58,787 nucleotides of DNA from Guillardia theta CCMP2712 (GCF_000315625.1 NW_005434597.1:193605-252391); one strand, 5' to 3'; positions 35,340 to 48,616 are shown, numbered from the stretch's first letter. The notes: generated from the sequence alone by a model not told the origin. A program made the numbers and translations.

Positions 35340-36480
35340 GGCAACTTAAGGTCCGTTTCAGTGTCCCGCCGGCTAACTTAAGCCGTCAACTTGATCATCA
35401 TGTGACAAGCGCCGGGCCCCAGCATAGAAGGATTGGCATGTAGTACCGGGTCCGATCACCGTCACCCAAACGCCCGAGTTCGGTCACCTTGCGGCCCCAC
35501 CGTCACGGCCGGCGTGCCGCGTGTGCGGTCACGGTGACGAACTTCGGAAAGTCGGACTACTAAGCCTTAAACTTGAATGGCACTGAGTCAGGCCCACGGT
35601 ACGAGAATCAGAGATTGGCAGGGTGACCGTCGCCGGGGGGCGGGCCGCGGCAATCATGGCAGGACTCCGGTCCGACCGTCCGGCTCCGAGGCTCGGTAGA
35701 GGAGGCTCACTGAGTCAGTTCAGTGACCCTGCCGGCGCCGGGCCGGCCGCCGCGGCGGGCGGGCCCGGCACTGGGTCACGGGTTCCGGGCCCTCAGTATC
35801 ATGCCAGGGCACGCGGCCGCCGGTGACTGCGCCACTTGTCACGGTCGGCGGACTCCCAGCCGCTGAGCCGGGCCCGGCCGCTGTACGGTAACTGGCCGGG
35901 CCCTTGACCGTCGAGTCGGACTCTCACCATCATGCCACCGCCGGCCGGGGCCGGCGTGACAGCCTGAGTGAGCCCGGCCGCCGCGAGGCTAGCCTGGCCG
36001 CACTCCCGGAGTCCGACCGCCGCGCTGAGGCATCTGATCCGACGGATGCTGTGTGATCGGATAGATGTACCGTTACATATCGTTACATTGTTTTCTCCTG
36101 GTGAGTAGATGAGCAAACGCTAGTAAAAATGTAGGTAGGGGTGGGGCAGATAAGAGAAGGAAGAGGGGAAGGTGGGGGTACATTGCCTAGGATACGGAGG
36201 CTATTTGCACGGGTGGGGTAGTGGTAGGCTCGGGTATGGTAGGGTGGTGCATTCAGTTAGGTCGTTGATCTAGGCAAAGATCTGGGGTAGGGTTATGGAG
36301 ATGGGGGGGTTAAGGGTATTTTTGGTTGCATGTGTTGAAGCTAATGCACTGATATTGTGATTTTTATAATAAATATCATATGTAATATCGAGCATGTAGC
36401 AAACATAGCCTCCAGAAATGAAAGGGTTAAAAATTGCAAGGTGGGGTGATCATAAAAAGCAAGCTAACAGGTAGGGTGGG
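35340..36480. promoter_or_regulatory. Tandem-junction intergenic module: GC-rich GAGTC block, then GGGGT block
   Basis: GC-rich 35340-36060 with CACTGAGTCA at 35581 and CTCACTGAGTCA at 35706; GGGGT/GGGTAG cluster 36130-36480. Confidence 0.45.
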
Positions 36481-36894
36481 CTCGTTCTGTTGAAGATGCC
36501 AGGGATGGGGAAAAGGATGCGAAGTAGGATGGCGAAAGAGCATGGAAGAGCTTCCGGAGTAGAGAGAAAACTTGAGAATCAGGAGAAGAGTCGATTGTTC
36601 CTCTCAGTATCAGGACAGTGTTGATAGTTTAACACTGAAAGAAGCAGATACTTCTTGTTAGTCGCGAGCGTGTGCGCTCAAGGTCCACTTTTCCAGGGAG
36701 ATGGAGGTTGGAAGTGCAAAGGTTGTCCCATGAGCATCCGGAGACTTACATTGTATCCTTGTGTGAGGGTTGTAGAAGCGAGCAGAACCCATAAAGGGTA
36801 GAAGCCTTCTCCTCTTGACTGCTTTTGCGGGATTCTAGACCATTGCGACGTCCAGAACTCGAACTGAAAGCTTCCTTTTCACAGGGAGGATACG

Positions 36895-38965
36895 ATGACA
36901 GCAGGTCATGACTATCGGCCAGTGACAGTGTGCGGATCAATACGACCATCCGACATTGTACACCGCAAGAACCTGAAGACAGCTAACCATGAAGCGGAAG
37001 AGATGGATAGGAGGTGCCATGAAGCAGAGGTGAACGAGCAGATCCAAGACTTCGAGCACAAGCTCGGCTGGAAGATGAGGAGCAACCTGGGGCCACGATG
37101 GGAGGAGCGCCGTGCGATGGAGCTGGAGGAGGAGAGGATCATTGGGCTGAGGAAGCAAACCCCTCTTAGGCCACCGAGCCCCGCTGGCTTCTACGACTAC
37201 CAGATGCCGCAGACAGCAGGAAGTGCACAGCTCGAGCATGACATGATGGAGATCGCATCCTTCAGAGGAAGTGGAGGCATCGATGTACAGAGCTTCGACG
37301 GAGGAAACGTGATCCCCGATCGCCCTGACACAGGGTATGAGTCCGTCCGGTCGGTACACATCGTGACTCGCCGCTCCCTCCGCTCCTCCTCCCGCCACAC
37401 AGAAGCGAGCGGCTCTTTCTTGCGAACAGGGAGGACAAACTCTTACATGCTCGGCTCCGATACGCCTACTGCAAGGTGCCACCCCTCTCTTCTCCGAGAA
37501 GCCCCCTCACCCCTTCCCACCTTCCTCCTGCGTACCTCTACCTTCCCGCCTTCCCAATCCTTGGCTTCCCCCTTCCCTCCTCGTCTCATACCCTCTGCAG
37601 GGCCACTATCAAGTGGTGGACTTCGCAGAGCATGCTCGAGCCTATCTTCATGCCGGCATCGCAGACTCAGCGAGGTCTGTCCTTCTCCTCTCACGTCTTG
37701 AAGCTCACTCCCTCCTGCAGTCTTGCTCTCCCGCCTGCAGCCTGCCATGTTGTCGCAGACCAACGGATCGAAGCGAGCAGCCACGTGGGAAGGTGAAGAA
37801 AGTCCTTTGCTCTCTCTCCCCTCTTCCTCTTTGTTGCACTTCCCTCGTCTTCTCTTCCTTCCTCTCTCAACTAGTTGTCTGCTCCTCTTCTGTTCTACTC
37901 CTCGTTCCAGTCTTCCTCTCATCCATCCTCGTTCTGTTCGTCCTACAGATGGACCCGGCCGGCGCTTCTGGCGGGTACAGGAGAAGAACCTGCAGGCAGC
38001 AGTGAGGAGGACGGAGGCAGAAAACCAGCTCAACGAGCAGATGAAGGTGAGACGATCGTTGGTTGGAGGGAGCGTGTCTGATGTTGCATGTGTAGGGGGA
38101 CAAGCTAAAGAAAACCCATGACAAGATAGTCAACACGCTGAGGGTATCACTCCATGGCAGCTGCTGGCAGGTAACAGGCAGGAACGCAGGTGAGGCACAA
38201 CCGGGCGGTGAGGGAGGCGACGAATAGGAAGGAATACTACCCGAGGTCTGTCGATTGCAACGTCTCTGTCATGCATCCTTTGCTTCTTGTTCCCTTCGTC
38301 CTCTCTTTCTTCTCTTACATCGCACAGGGCCAAGATTTTTGCCGAGCACCGGTTCATGGAAGTTTTGAAGAAGGAGCAGGAGGAGCGGGAGCTCAGGGAG
38401 CTCAACATGGGTATGCTTCGCTCATAGTCCCTCTCAGTCACACATGACCGCTATATTCCGTTACATCTCCAGCTCAATGTTCATGTCTCTTCCTTGCTAT
38501 TTCACATTTCTCCTCCCTCACCTCCTCTCCCCTGCCACTTGTCTTCCATCCTCCCTCCTTGTCCCTTATCTCCTTTCTCTCCTGTCCTCCACTTCTCCCT
38601 CCCTCTCCTTCTCTCCTCCCATCCCATCTCTCTTATGGAAAGCAACATCAGGCATGAAGCCCGAAGAGCTGAAGAAGGAAGCTGTACTAGTCGCGTCGGA
38701 GACTACGAGGTTCCGCCTCCCCTTCCCTGCGATTGATCGATCGTCATACTTGCTCCTCTTCTACTCATGTGTCTCTTTCCTCTTCTCTATACGCCCCGCC
38801 CTCCTCCCCGCCCGTCCCCACTCCCTCCTCCTCTCCCCACAACCCAATCCCCTCTCCTTCCTCCTCCTCCCTCGCCGTACCTCTCCTCCTCCCCCCCTCC
38901 CTCTTTGCTCCTCCCCTGACATCTCTGGCAGTTTCGAGGATCGTCTTCGCTCTCTTCGCCGATGA
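36895..38965 (+). CDS. Hypothetical multi-exon charged/coiled-coil protein; 5' end uncertain
   Basis: Long exon RPSDIVHRKNLKTANHEAEEMDRR..., short GT-AG exons (RRFWRVQEKNLQAAVRRTEAENQLNEQMK; AKIFAEHRFMEVLKKEQEERELRELNM), ending FEDRLRSLRR*. Confidence 0.55.
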
Positions 38966-38989
38966 CTTTTTTTATTCTTTATGAACGTG

Positions 38990-41900
38990 TCATGTTGAAC
39001 CCACACGCTCCACCGAGAGGCTCAGCTCGAGCAGAGCTGGGCTATCAGCCGGCCCGACTGCTCGCCCGGCCGGGTCCAGCACGGGAAACCAGTCAGTATG
39101 CACCAACTTCTCCTTCATGCTCGCCTTCCAGCCCGCAGGCACGACGTGCGCAAGGAACAGCGTGACGATGCCTGTCGTCTGCCTCCCCGTCTGCATTCCC
39201 AGGTCAACGACGAGGACACGGATGACGGAGGAGGTGACGGAGGCAGTGAAAGAGTAGAAGAACAGCTGCTGCCCCCCCTCTCCCTCCCCCGCCCTCCGAG
39301 GGCTCTGCCGCCACCCGTCCACCTCGACCGAGATGCAGGACTCTTGCAGGATCTCGGCCGGGAGGTTGCGCGTGTTGACCACTTGTAGCTGTACTCGAGC
39401 TGAGGACTTGGTGAGGTAGAGCTGGAGCCGAGGAGGGCTGATCCAAGACTCCCTCTCCCCGCCCCTCTCGTCCTCTCCCGAGCGCTGCAGCATGCTGCTG
39501 GTGAGGGTGCTTGCCCTGCTGGAGGGGCTCTGGTAGCGGCTGCCGTCATCGAGGAAGTGAATGCTGCTGCTGCTCTTCTCCCGCCAGTAGATGGAGCTTG
39601 TAGCTCGCTGCAGGGCCGTCAACTTGTTGTCGACTCCCTGGATGTCGTACATGAAGTTGGACGTGTTGTAGTCCTCGATGCCCTTGGCTTGCCGCACCAG
39701 CTGCTCTATCAGCTCCTCCCAGTTCTCCTCGATCAGACTTGACAGCCAGCCGGCTGTCCCGTCGCGTCTCCCGGCGTCCTTTGAGGAGAGGATGGCCAGC
39801 ACGAGCTTATGGTAGATCCCAAGGAACTTGCACAGCACTGCGATCATGGCCCGAGCCTTGGCGAAGTTTCCCTTGAGCGTTACGTTCGCGTCCTCCTCCT
39901 CGTAGAGCTGGCGGGTCTGGCTCCGGTCCTCCAGGCTCGCGATCCTCTCCTTGGAGGCTGCTAGCGCTTCCTCTGCCAGCATCGCCCTCTTCGTCGCGTG
40001 CTCGGCGTTGCGATCGGCGGCAGCAAGTCGCACCTCGTACCGATCTCTCTCCTTCTTCCACTGCTCTCGGATCTGACATCAAACATCCCCCGTCAGCGGC
40101 AACGAGGTGGAGGACAGCTGGGACAGCTGCTCACCTGCGCGAGCTGGTCGTTGAGCTCGCTCAGTCGGAGCTCTCGATCGCGGAGGGACTTTTCCAACGC
40201 ACTCGCTCGGAGACCTCCCTTGACGTGCTCCTGGTCCTGCAGGGCCTTGAGCAGGTCGGAGGACAGCAGCCGTTCCCAGGACTGCACTTGGCCCTCGGCC
40301 TCGTGCACGACGAACTTGTGGAGCGAGGAGAGCTCCTCCTCCAGGAACGAGATTCTCTCCCTGTTCCTCCTCCAAGAAGTCCTCATCCTTTCGAACTTGA
40401 GCGTGTAGTCCTGAAGGTACCTCTGCTCCACAGCATCCTGCGCGCCCCTCCTGTTGCTCCACCCTAGACTGAACTCGTCAGGAGGACTTGCAGTGGACAG
40501 GAACAAGATGCCTGAGAAGCAGCTCCCCATCGATCGATCCGTTCGCTCCAAGTGCGAGGAGCTCGTCAACTCCTCTCCCTCCTCCTCACGGGACGAGGGA
40601 GACTGGGCCTGGTCGGGGAAGAATCAGCGGAGCCGTCCTCGGAGCTGCTGCTTACCTCATGCAAGTTCTCCATCCAGCATCGAAACATGGCTCTCTTCTC
40701 CTCCAGGGAGTCCCTTGCCTTCTGCTTCCAGTTCTCCTGCAGTGACAGAGTGAGTAGACAAAGAGGGAGGGAGGGAGGGAGGGAGGGAGGGAGGGAGGGA
40801 GGGAGGGAGGGAGGGAGGGAGGGAGGGAGGGAGGGACATAGGCGATTCTCCTCCTCCCTCACAATCATCTCAATCCATTCAGTGATCTCCTTGATCTGCT
40901 GGTGGACTTGGCGAAAACTTTCCTTCCTTTGCATCTTCTCCTTCTTCACAATCGATGCCTTCAGTTCAGGTCAGCCATCCCTCGCGTCAGAGGAACACAC
41001 ATACCATCTTCACGCTCCACACAATCTTCTTGACAACATCGTCAATGTCAGTGGCCTGACAGGCGCTGTCTGCCTTGGCTGTTCCCTTCTCAGCGCAGGC
41101 GGATGATACGGAAGCCGTGCTCTCATGGATGTCTTGATCGTTCTGCTGAGAGGAGGAGAGGAACTCCGAGTCGTCAGCTTCGGGTGTGACTTTGCTTCTT
41201 GTCCCTTGTGATTTGATCTCGTCGTTGAGGGAGGAGAACAGTTTCTGAAAGGACGTCGCTAGCTTCTTCTCGTTTCTCAGCGCTAGGTTGCAATCGTTGA
41301 GGACAGACGTTGTGGTTTTCAGCTCCTCTAACTGATCGTCAACAAGCTTACATGTAGTTGAGACTCAATCAGCATCGTCACCAGTGCCGGTATGATGTCA
41401 TCGCTGCTTGTCAGTTTGGACTCCAGCAAGTCTTCACCCTACATACGTTCACATCAACACATGTCAACGAGGTGCGCAAAAGGGGGAGGGGGGAAGGGGA
41501 GGAGAGGGAGAAGGGGAGGAGAGAGAGCCGAGAGTGGTGGTGGTGGAGGAGGAGGAGCAGGAGGAGGAGGAGGAGGAGGAGGAGGAGCAGGAGCAGGAAG
41601 AGGAGGAACCTTGAGGGGGGTTGTCCTCTTATCAGACCAAGAGGATATGCTGAAGGCCTCATCGTCCTCACTGCCCTCAGCATCGTCAAGGATGTAATTC
41701 TGCAGGAACTTCTCCCTCGATATCCGCGCGTCCTGTCACCAGTCATGGTCTCGACAAGGTGACTGAGCGTTGTGATACTGCTTTCCTTGACTCTAATCCA
41801 TGCTCACTTGCTTTGACTAACTAGTTTACTTCTTCGAAACTTTCCTTCTTCCTTCCTCTCTTCCCCATCTTTTCCCGACTCTCTCCCTCTCAGTCTCTCT

Positions 41901-42038
41901 CTCCTTCCTACCTCCCTTCACCTCCCTTCACCTCCCTTCACCTATCTTCTGCTCCTCTCCTTCCCTCTTCCTCACTGAGTCACTGTGACATGCCAGCCTC
42001 TCTCTCACCTCCAGCACAGCCGCTACCTCCCCCAGCAT
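38990..42038 (-). CDS. Coiled-coil protein with C-terminal C2-like beta domain; 5' end uncertain
   Basis: Long heptad exons (40093-40569, 38990-40033); tail VQLQVVNTRNLP...CISVEVDG...IRVLVVD...GIVTLFL...TDWFPVL...LELSLSV has a C2-like strand pattern. Confidence 0.55.
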
Positions 42039-42656
42039 GGCAGTAGGTGGACTGAAGAGGCTGATGGAAGTTGACGCCGGACCGTACGATACGCTCAGTG
42101 ACTACCATAGTACTACCACTGAAAAACTGCCGGGGACTCACGGCCCCGGGTGCCAGAGCCGGCGGGCCCGGGATCTTCCCGGTTTCCGAAGTTCATTTTA
42201 CTCAGCCCGGACGGTGAGAGAGAGACCGTACGGTCAGAAGTCGGCAGGCAGGTGAAGGCTAAGAGGACGGAGGAGAAGCAGCGAGCGAGCGCAGGGAAAA
42301 TGATGGACAACAAGACTTGGAGGACAGAGAGACACAGAGGAGGAGGAGGCCCGGAGAGAGGAAAAAGAAGGAACTACGGAAAGGGGATAAGTGTTGGCTG
42401 AAGCAGCATCGCTGCAAGGTAGAGACTGAGAGGAGGAGAGAACAGCAGGGAGAATAGAAACAGTCGAGTCCGACACGTCCATTCAGTGGATCCGTTCAGT
42501 GCTTTCGGTTTTCACTAGAGCTTAACAATAAATTGTTCGCCGATCTATCACGTTGTCTGTAAGAATTCACGGTCGCATGCACTCCCACTGGCATGCAAGG
42601 TCCAACATTTCTCCCTTGTTCTCTCCTCCATTCCTCCCATCCTTTCCTCTTTCACT

Positions 42657-44708
42657 TCACTTGTTGCCCGGTCCCAACTTCTTCGGAAGGCCATCGGGAA
42701 ATCTTCCCTCGGCAACCAATTTCGCCTTCGCCTGCAGTGCTTTCATGTTCTGGCCATCAACAAGAACAAGAGCGCAACCTTTCGCAGAGCTTGCCGTACA
42801 GCAGTCTTGATGTCGGGGATCGAATGTCCGAGCTGTGCCAGAAGTTAGGAGGGATGGAAGAAAGGGGAGGAAAGTGAGTTGACAGAAGATATGACTTTGC
42901 CTTGCAAGAATACCACATGAAAATGACATCAAGCAATAGAAAGTAACAATGGCAAGCGATCATTGAGAGCGGGGTTGGAACGAGCGAAGATAGAGTTGAC
43001 CTTGATAGCTTCATCTTCCAGCTTCTTTGTTTCCAAGAAGTTGTTGCTGCGCCCTGCCCCCAGAATCTTCGCCTGCTCTTCCACCTAGCGGTACCAAGTC
43101 AGACACACAAGGGAGCAGAGGGAGTTCATGGCTTCTCCCTACCGTGAAGTTTGACCACTCGAAGTTGGGATCAACTTCTTCCTTGTAGATTTGTAGAACC
43201 TGCCGCACAAATCGGCATCACCCCACAGGGTCCACTGGAGCACATGTCGAAATACCTCATTGTGCGAGATGGCACCAGGGTTGCAAAAATTGTAGATGCC
43301 GGTCAACTGCGCCCCGTCAGGACATCCTGTCGGTGTGGAAACCAGAGAACAAGCACCTTGGCCTCTGACATGGAGAGGGAAAGGGGCAGCAGCTCGTTGA
43401 GAACAGTCATGGAGTTCGGGATGTCCACAACCTTGTGATATCTGCACACCATGCGTTAGAGATTTGTGCGCCCGCTGCACATAGTACACGTACTTGGCTA
43501 TCTTCGTCACGAAACTCCTCTCGCTCAGATCGTCTGAGATTGGCATGCGGAGCTGTTGACACGACATGAGCAGGGCTTGCAGAAAACAACTGAATCTCAC
43601 CCTCAGAATCAACACATTCGAATACACTTTCAGCAGCTCCTCAACAATCGCCTTAGTTTTGCTAGCAGCAGCACCAGTCAGTATCCCTTTCATAATCTAC
43701 GAAACCTCTAACCTGTAAAATGACCCGTCGTAGTTCGGACGATCTTCCTCTGTGAACCCACGACCACCGATCTGACGAAGACAAGTCACCCACGACTGTT
43801 CACGCACACTATCCGACGACACTTCACAAGCAAGGGCATGTACCGGATGATCCTTGTCGTATTCGTAGATACATCCCGTGGCAAACAATGTAGCATGAAT
43901 GCCGCGCTGCCAGCAGGCGTCCACAATCCCAAGAGTTCCGATGACGTTGGTTCGGACCGTGGCTTCTTTGTTTGTCTCGCACCAATCGACATTCGGCCTT
44001 CCTGTGATGCCAGCCGCCTGTGTTGTGAGGAATGTCACAGATGCTGCTCAGCAGGGGAGGAAAATGTAGGAATTTCTTCTCACAATGAGGACCCTCGTTG
44101 GCTGGTGCTCATCGAGCTCCTTCTCGACTTCTTCTCTGTTCCTGCTCAAAGATAACTTTCCGGGTCCCCGACGCTCACGAAAACTCACTGCAAGCGCGCC
44201 TTGGCGACCACAACCTTCTTCCCTCCATCACGGAGAAGTCTGTCCAAGACGTCAGCGCAGACTGAGGCAAGATACGAAGCAGTTTACCCTTGTAGGATGC
44301 CTCCTATCCATCCAGTGGACCCCCACAAGAGATAAACCTGAGTTACGAAAATCGGTCAAAATCAAACAAGAACGAGCGGCATTTGCACGCTAAAGACAAT
44401 CGCAGGGTGTCGACATCACCAACTTCTTGGCCTCAAAACGAAGGCACACATCAAACCCTTCTTTTCTCACTACTTTTCATGCTCTCAAACGCAAAATCGA
44501 TGCGTCCCATCGCAACAAAGCACCAAAACATGGGCCATGCCCGTCCCCTGAGGCACTCCCAGGGTCCAAAACCCCAGTCCTGTGCTCACCCAACGGACAG
44601 CATCTTGTCTGTATCCTCGGCTTCTCTCCTGGTGCTTCCTATCGCTCGCAATGCCTCCCCCTCCCCCCTCCTTCTCCCCGACCATTTCCGCACCTCGTTG
44701 CTCGACAT
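42657..44708 (-). CDS. NDP-4-keto-6-deoxyglucose 3,5-epimerase/4-reductase (NRS/ER, UER1-like; NDP-L-rhamnose synthesis)
   Basis: MSSNE|VYLLWGSTGWIGG, AAGITGRPNVDWCE, TNVIGTL, FATGCIYEYD, GFTEED.PNYDGSFYS|KTK (YxxxK), LR|LRMPISDDL, IPNSMTVL, GIYNFCNPGAISHNE. Confidence 0.93.
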
Positions 44709-44789
44709 GATCGCAGCGTCGCGGCACCCACCCAGACTGAACCTTTCAGAAATACAAGAACCTTTCGACGACATCTCCCCCTTATCCTC

Positions 44790-45950
44790 CCATGAAAAAA
44801 TGAACTTCTTGTGCGAAATCTGCTCGAGTTACTCAAAAAGTTCATGTTCCATCACCCCCCGCACCCCCTAAACAGGCAATACCCTCAGATTCCACCACAC
44901 CCTACCCTTTCATCTATACCCTACCCTTTCAAGGTCAATAGAAATGCACTGAACATACCGGTACTGTATCGATCATAATCCACATTACCCCTGGTGTTTA
45001 CTACCCTCACCCCATCAATTCCATACACCTACCCTCTGATCTCAGACTTTTTATTCGGGATTCATGGGGGTGCCACATCTCCACTTGAAGACCACCCCTA
45101 CCCAGTCATTCCCTTATATGAACCAAAGTACCCCCAAGATAGGGGGTACAAACTCGTTTATTTGTACCAGCTTTGACTACCCTTACCCTATTTAAATACA
45201 CAACCCTACTCATTCGCTTCCCCCCCACTGCTCCAGCAGGCCTCAGGGCCTCGATCCTTGCAGTCTCCCTGGCGTGCGGCAGGAGGGAGGTAGGTGAGTC
45301 AACAGTACGGGTACTTTCCTACAAACTTAGTACCGTTATCGAGCAAAGCTGGGGGTTGGGGTCAGTACCCACCAGAGTTCCACGGCGGCCGTTGGCCTCT
45401 GCCCGCAGTGCGCGTCACTGACTTGAACGGCCGCACGGGCGCCGCCCGGGCAACCGTGGCCAGTGACGACACTAGGCTACTGCCAGCACTGATCGTCGGA
45501 CTCGGGGCTCCGTCAACTGGCCGGGCCCGGCGGCCGCAATGCGGCCCGACTCGCCGGTACGCGCGGCCGTGCAGTGCGGAACGGTTTCAACTTGCAAGGT
45601 ACTGACTCAGTGAGGTGACTTTCAACGGGGCCTCACTCCGAGCCTCAGCGGGCCCCCGCCGAGAGCCGCCGCATGATCCGACGCCGGGGGACGGGGCCCG
45701 GCCGCCCGCGGCCGCCCGGCAGCCGCGTCCTGGGCGGCGGCCCGGCCGCGCCCTGCACTGTTATCATACCGCTCAACTGGAGGCCCCCCGGCGTAGCTCA
45801 GAAAAATGCCACTGAATGATTGCCCCCGACTCGGATCAGATGCCGTTCACCCCGATCTCGGACTCCGGGACTTCAACGGCCAGTGACGAACTTCATTTCA
45901 TGATACTGATAGTAATCTTGAGACTAAGTTATAGTACTCCCGAGGCTGAG
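44790..45950. promoter_or_regulatory. Tandem-junction intergenic module: ACCCC block, then GC-rich GAGTC block
   Basis: ACCCC cluster 44850-45230; GC-rich 45380-45880; TGACTCAGTGAG at 45603-45614. Confidence 0.45.
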
Positions 45951-46003
45951 GTGACCTGCTGCCTATCTCACTGTCCTGAGCCTCCTGTAGCATAACCAGC
46001 TGG

Positions 46004-48616
46004 TCAGCGATAGTTTGCAAGGAGTTGCCTGAGGCTCCGAGGCTCACCGCGGGATCTTGACCTCGGACATGCGGACGATCCTCGAGGGAGGAGACTGAGG
46101 GGAGGGAGACTGCGGGGCTTCAGAGAGGTGCGAACCTCCTCGATCCATGCCAGGATCGTTGAGGTCGAGAGGACTGTCAAAGACGAAAGTGCGAGAGCTC
46201 GAGGAGAGAAAGGCGACATTGGCGGCATCGGATTCAGAATCCTCTGCTGCGTTGCCGAGCTGCCGATCGGCAAGAGGTGGGTGCAAGAAGGTAGCAGGAG
46301 CAGCGTCGAAATCTTCGAAGTCTTCTTCCTTCATGTGCTTGCTCATCACCTCCAACTGGGTTGCGGGGGGCAGTCAGAGCAGATCCGGCATGCCTCAGAA
46401 GAGCACTGGAGGAATAGAGAGGAGAGGAGAGAGGCAGGGGCAGGGGCAGGGGCAGGGAGAAAAAGCAGGTGGGGAAAGCCTGAGGGGTTGGGTGCTGGCT
46501 AGCTGTCGGGGGACAGAGGAGAGAGGGGAAGGAAGTAGCGTTCGATCCAAACCTGCGATAGGATGCAGGCAAAGAGATTCTCGTCCTTGAGCCGAAGCAT
46601 GAGCTCCGTCAGCACGCAGAGCTCAGCAACGCCTGCAGGAGCTTGACAGTGAGCCACTTGCTCCTTCCCTTGCTCCAAGAGGTCAGGCCAGCTCACCTTC
46701 CTCCTCGACGCTCTCCCTCGGGGAATCGAGCATGCTGCAGCAACAAATCAACAAGGGAAAGTTGCCCTCCGGCATCGGCCACCTGCAGAGCACGAATCCT
46801 TCCACAGCAATCACCACCAGAACCTTGCAAGCCCGTTGGATCCTGTCCATCCCGGGGAGTCTGACGACGGCGTGCTCAGCCGGAGGCCAGTCGATGTCGC
46901 GCAGGGGTCTTCTATGAGGACTCTCTCTGGCTGAAAGCTTCCTGCTCGTTCTCCACAGACCAAGAGCCTTTGATGAAGGTCAGCGAAACATCTTCCGTTC
47001 CTCTTCCCCCTGACCCTCCCCCGCCCCTTGCTCCTCCACCTCTTCATCCTTCCTCACTGCATCTCCTCCTCCTCCTCCTCCTCCTCCTCCTCCTCCTTAG
47101 TCACCCGCACGATGATGGTCACGTCGTCCATGGTGGAAGTGGGGAGATGTGAAACGATTGTCCCCCCCGGAGACAGCCCCTGGCACCCCGGGAACAAGAG
47201 GCACATGCCCAGGGGAAGCGAATATCTCGCTGACAGAAACCATTCAGCGACTCGCGCGCTCCGATCTGCAAACTCTCCAGCCTACCGGGAGGTTTGGCGG
47301 AGAGCGAGGAAGCCCGCAACCGCCTTGACTCGAAGGCCGACAAGATGTAGTCCAGCCTACCAAGATCGCAGAGGTCAGGAGGGGACGGCGCAAAGAGCTG
47401 CCGCAGCATCACCGGCAGTGAAGTTTGATGGAGACATCCAACGAAGGAAACGATACGCAGGACCCATGGATCTTTGCATCCACGGAAGAGCCAGGAAGCA
47501 ACAAAAGTTCTACCATCACGTTGCGGTGTGAGTCGACTTGATGGGGAGAGGGAGGAGGGAGGGTGTCGGAGAGTCGGAGGGGATAGACGGGAGGAGCAGA
47601 GGAAGGGGAAGGAAACAAAAGGGGGGGAGGAAGCTGCACCTTTCTTTGTGAGTGATTCATGAGAGATTGAGATTGAGGACTCAACAAACTGAGTCATCAG
47701 CTCATCGAGCGATTTCTGCAGTGCAACGTCAGCATGATCAAGATCCGGCAGCATTGAGATCACTGCACCGATGAGAATTCTCCCGCTATCGCATCATCCA
47801 GCAGCTTGCTGCATCGAACATCGCACTCCAGGCTCCAAGCATCGGACTTCTTCTCCAACAACCCACGGAGCTTTGCCAACCCCCGCGCTACCTGGGGCAC
47901 ATGGGTGATGCGGCAGCTGAAATTCCTCCTCTCCTCACCTCCAGGACATGTCTCGGCGTGCTGCAGGACGCGGCGACACAGAAGATCCTCTCATGATCGT
48001 GGCAGAAACCTGCAGAGGGTCACGGCCGACAGCCAAAGCAAACACCTCGCCCTCGACCAGCATGGAATTTCAGTCGAGACGGCGAATCCCAGAAATCTAG
48101 ATTCTGCAGCTCCTACCGAAGACAGGATCAGCGGGGCAGGCAGCTTGTTGGCATCGAAACAGACCTGTTTGTTGACGGTGATCGAGATGTCGGCCAGGGC
48201 AAGAAACAGGCCCTTGACTTTGAGCAAGTTGTTCTTCATGCGGTCTACCACCACTGCAAACATCCCCTTCATCAACATCCCTGCCAGAGAAATCGTGTCT
48301 GCTCACGTTGATCGGAAACTCCTTCAGGAGAGATCATGTAGAACGGCTGGAGAGAGAGAAGGAGAAAGTGAGTGGGCAAGAAGGCAGAGATCGAAACGCA
48401 TCGAAACCTCGCGCAGCAGGCTCTTGGTCTCGAACCATTCGACCTCATCCTTGCTAGACTTCTGTACAGCAGCTTCAGACGAGAGGAGCAGGAGGGGAGG
48501 AAAGACAGCGGGACCTTCTTCAGGATAATCGCCAACCAAAGGTCCCCCCTGCGATGAGCAGCGGACCCTTGCTCCATGGCGGAGTCGGAAGAGTCTGCCG
48601 CGTGCGGGTGGAGCAT
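46004..48616 (-). CDS. Hypothetical multi-exon, largely helical protein
   Basis: Series of non-repetitive open exons with GT-AG ends (e.g. MLMKGMFAVVVDRMKNNLLKVKGLFLAL; ISMLPDLDHADVALQKSLDELMTQFVESS; EVMSKHMKEEDFEDFD); no family recognised. Confidence 0.45.

Noticed and set aside
38962-39165. Plus-strand ORF overlapping the C2-like gene end
   Set aside because: Antisense shadow of the better-supported minus-strand exon
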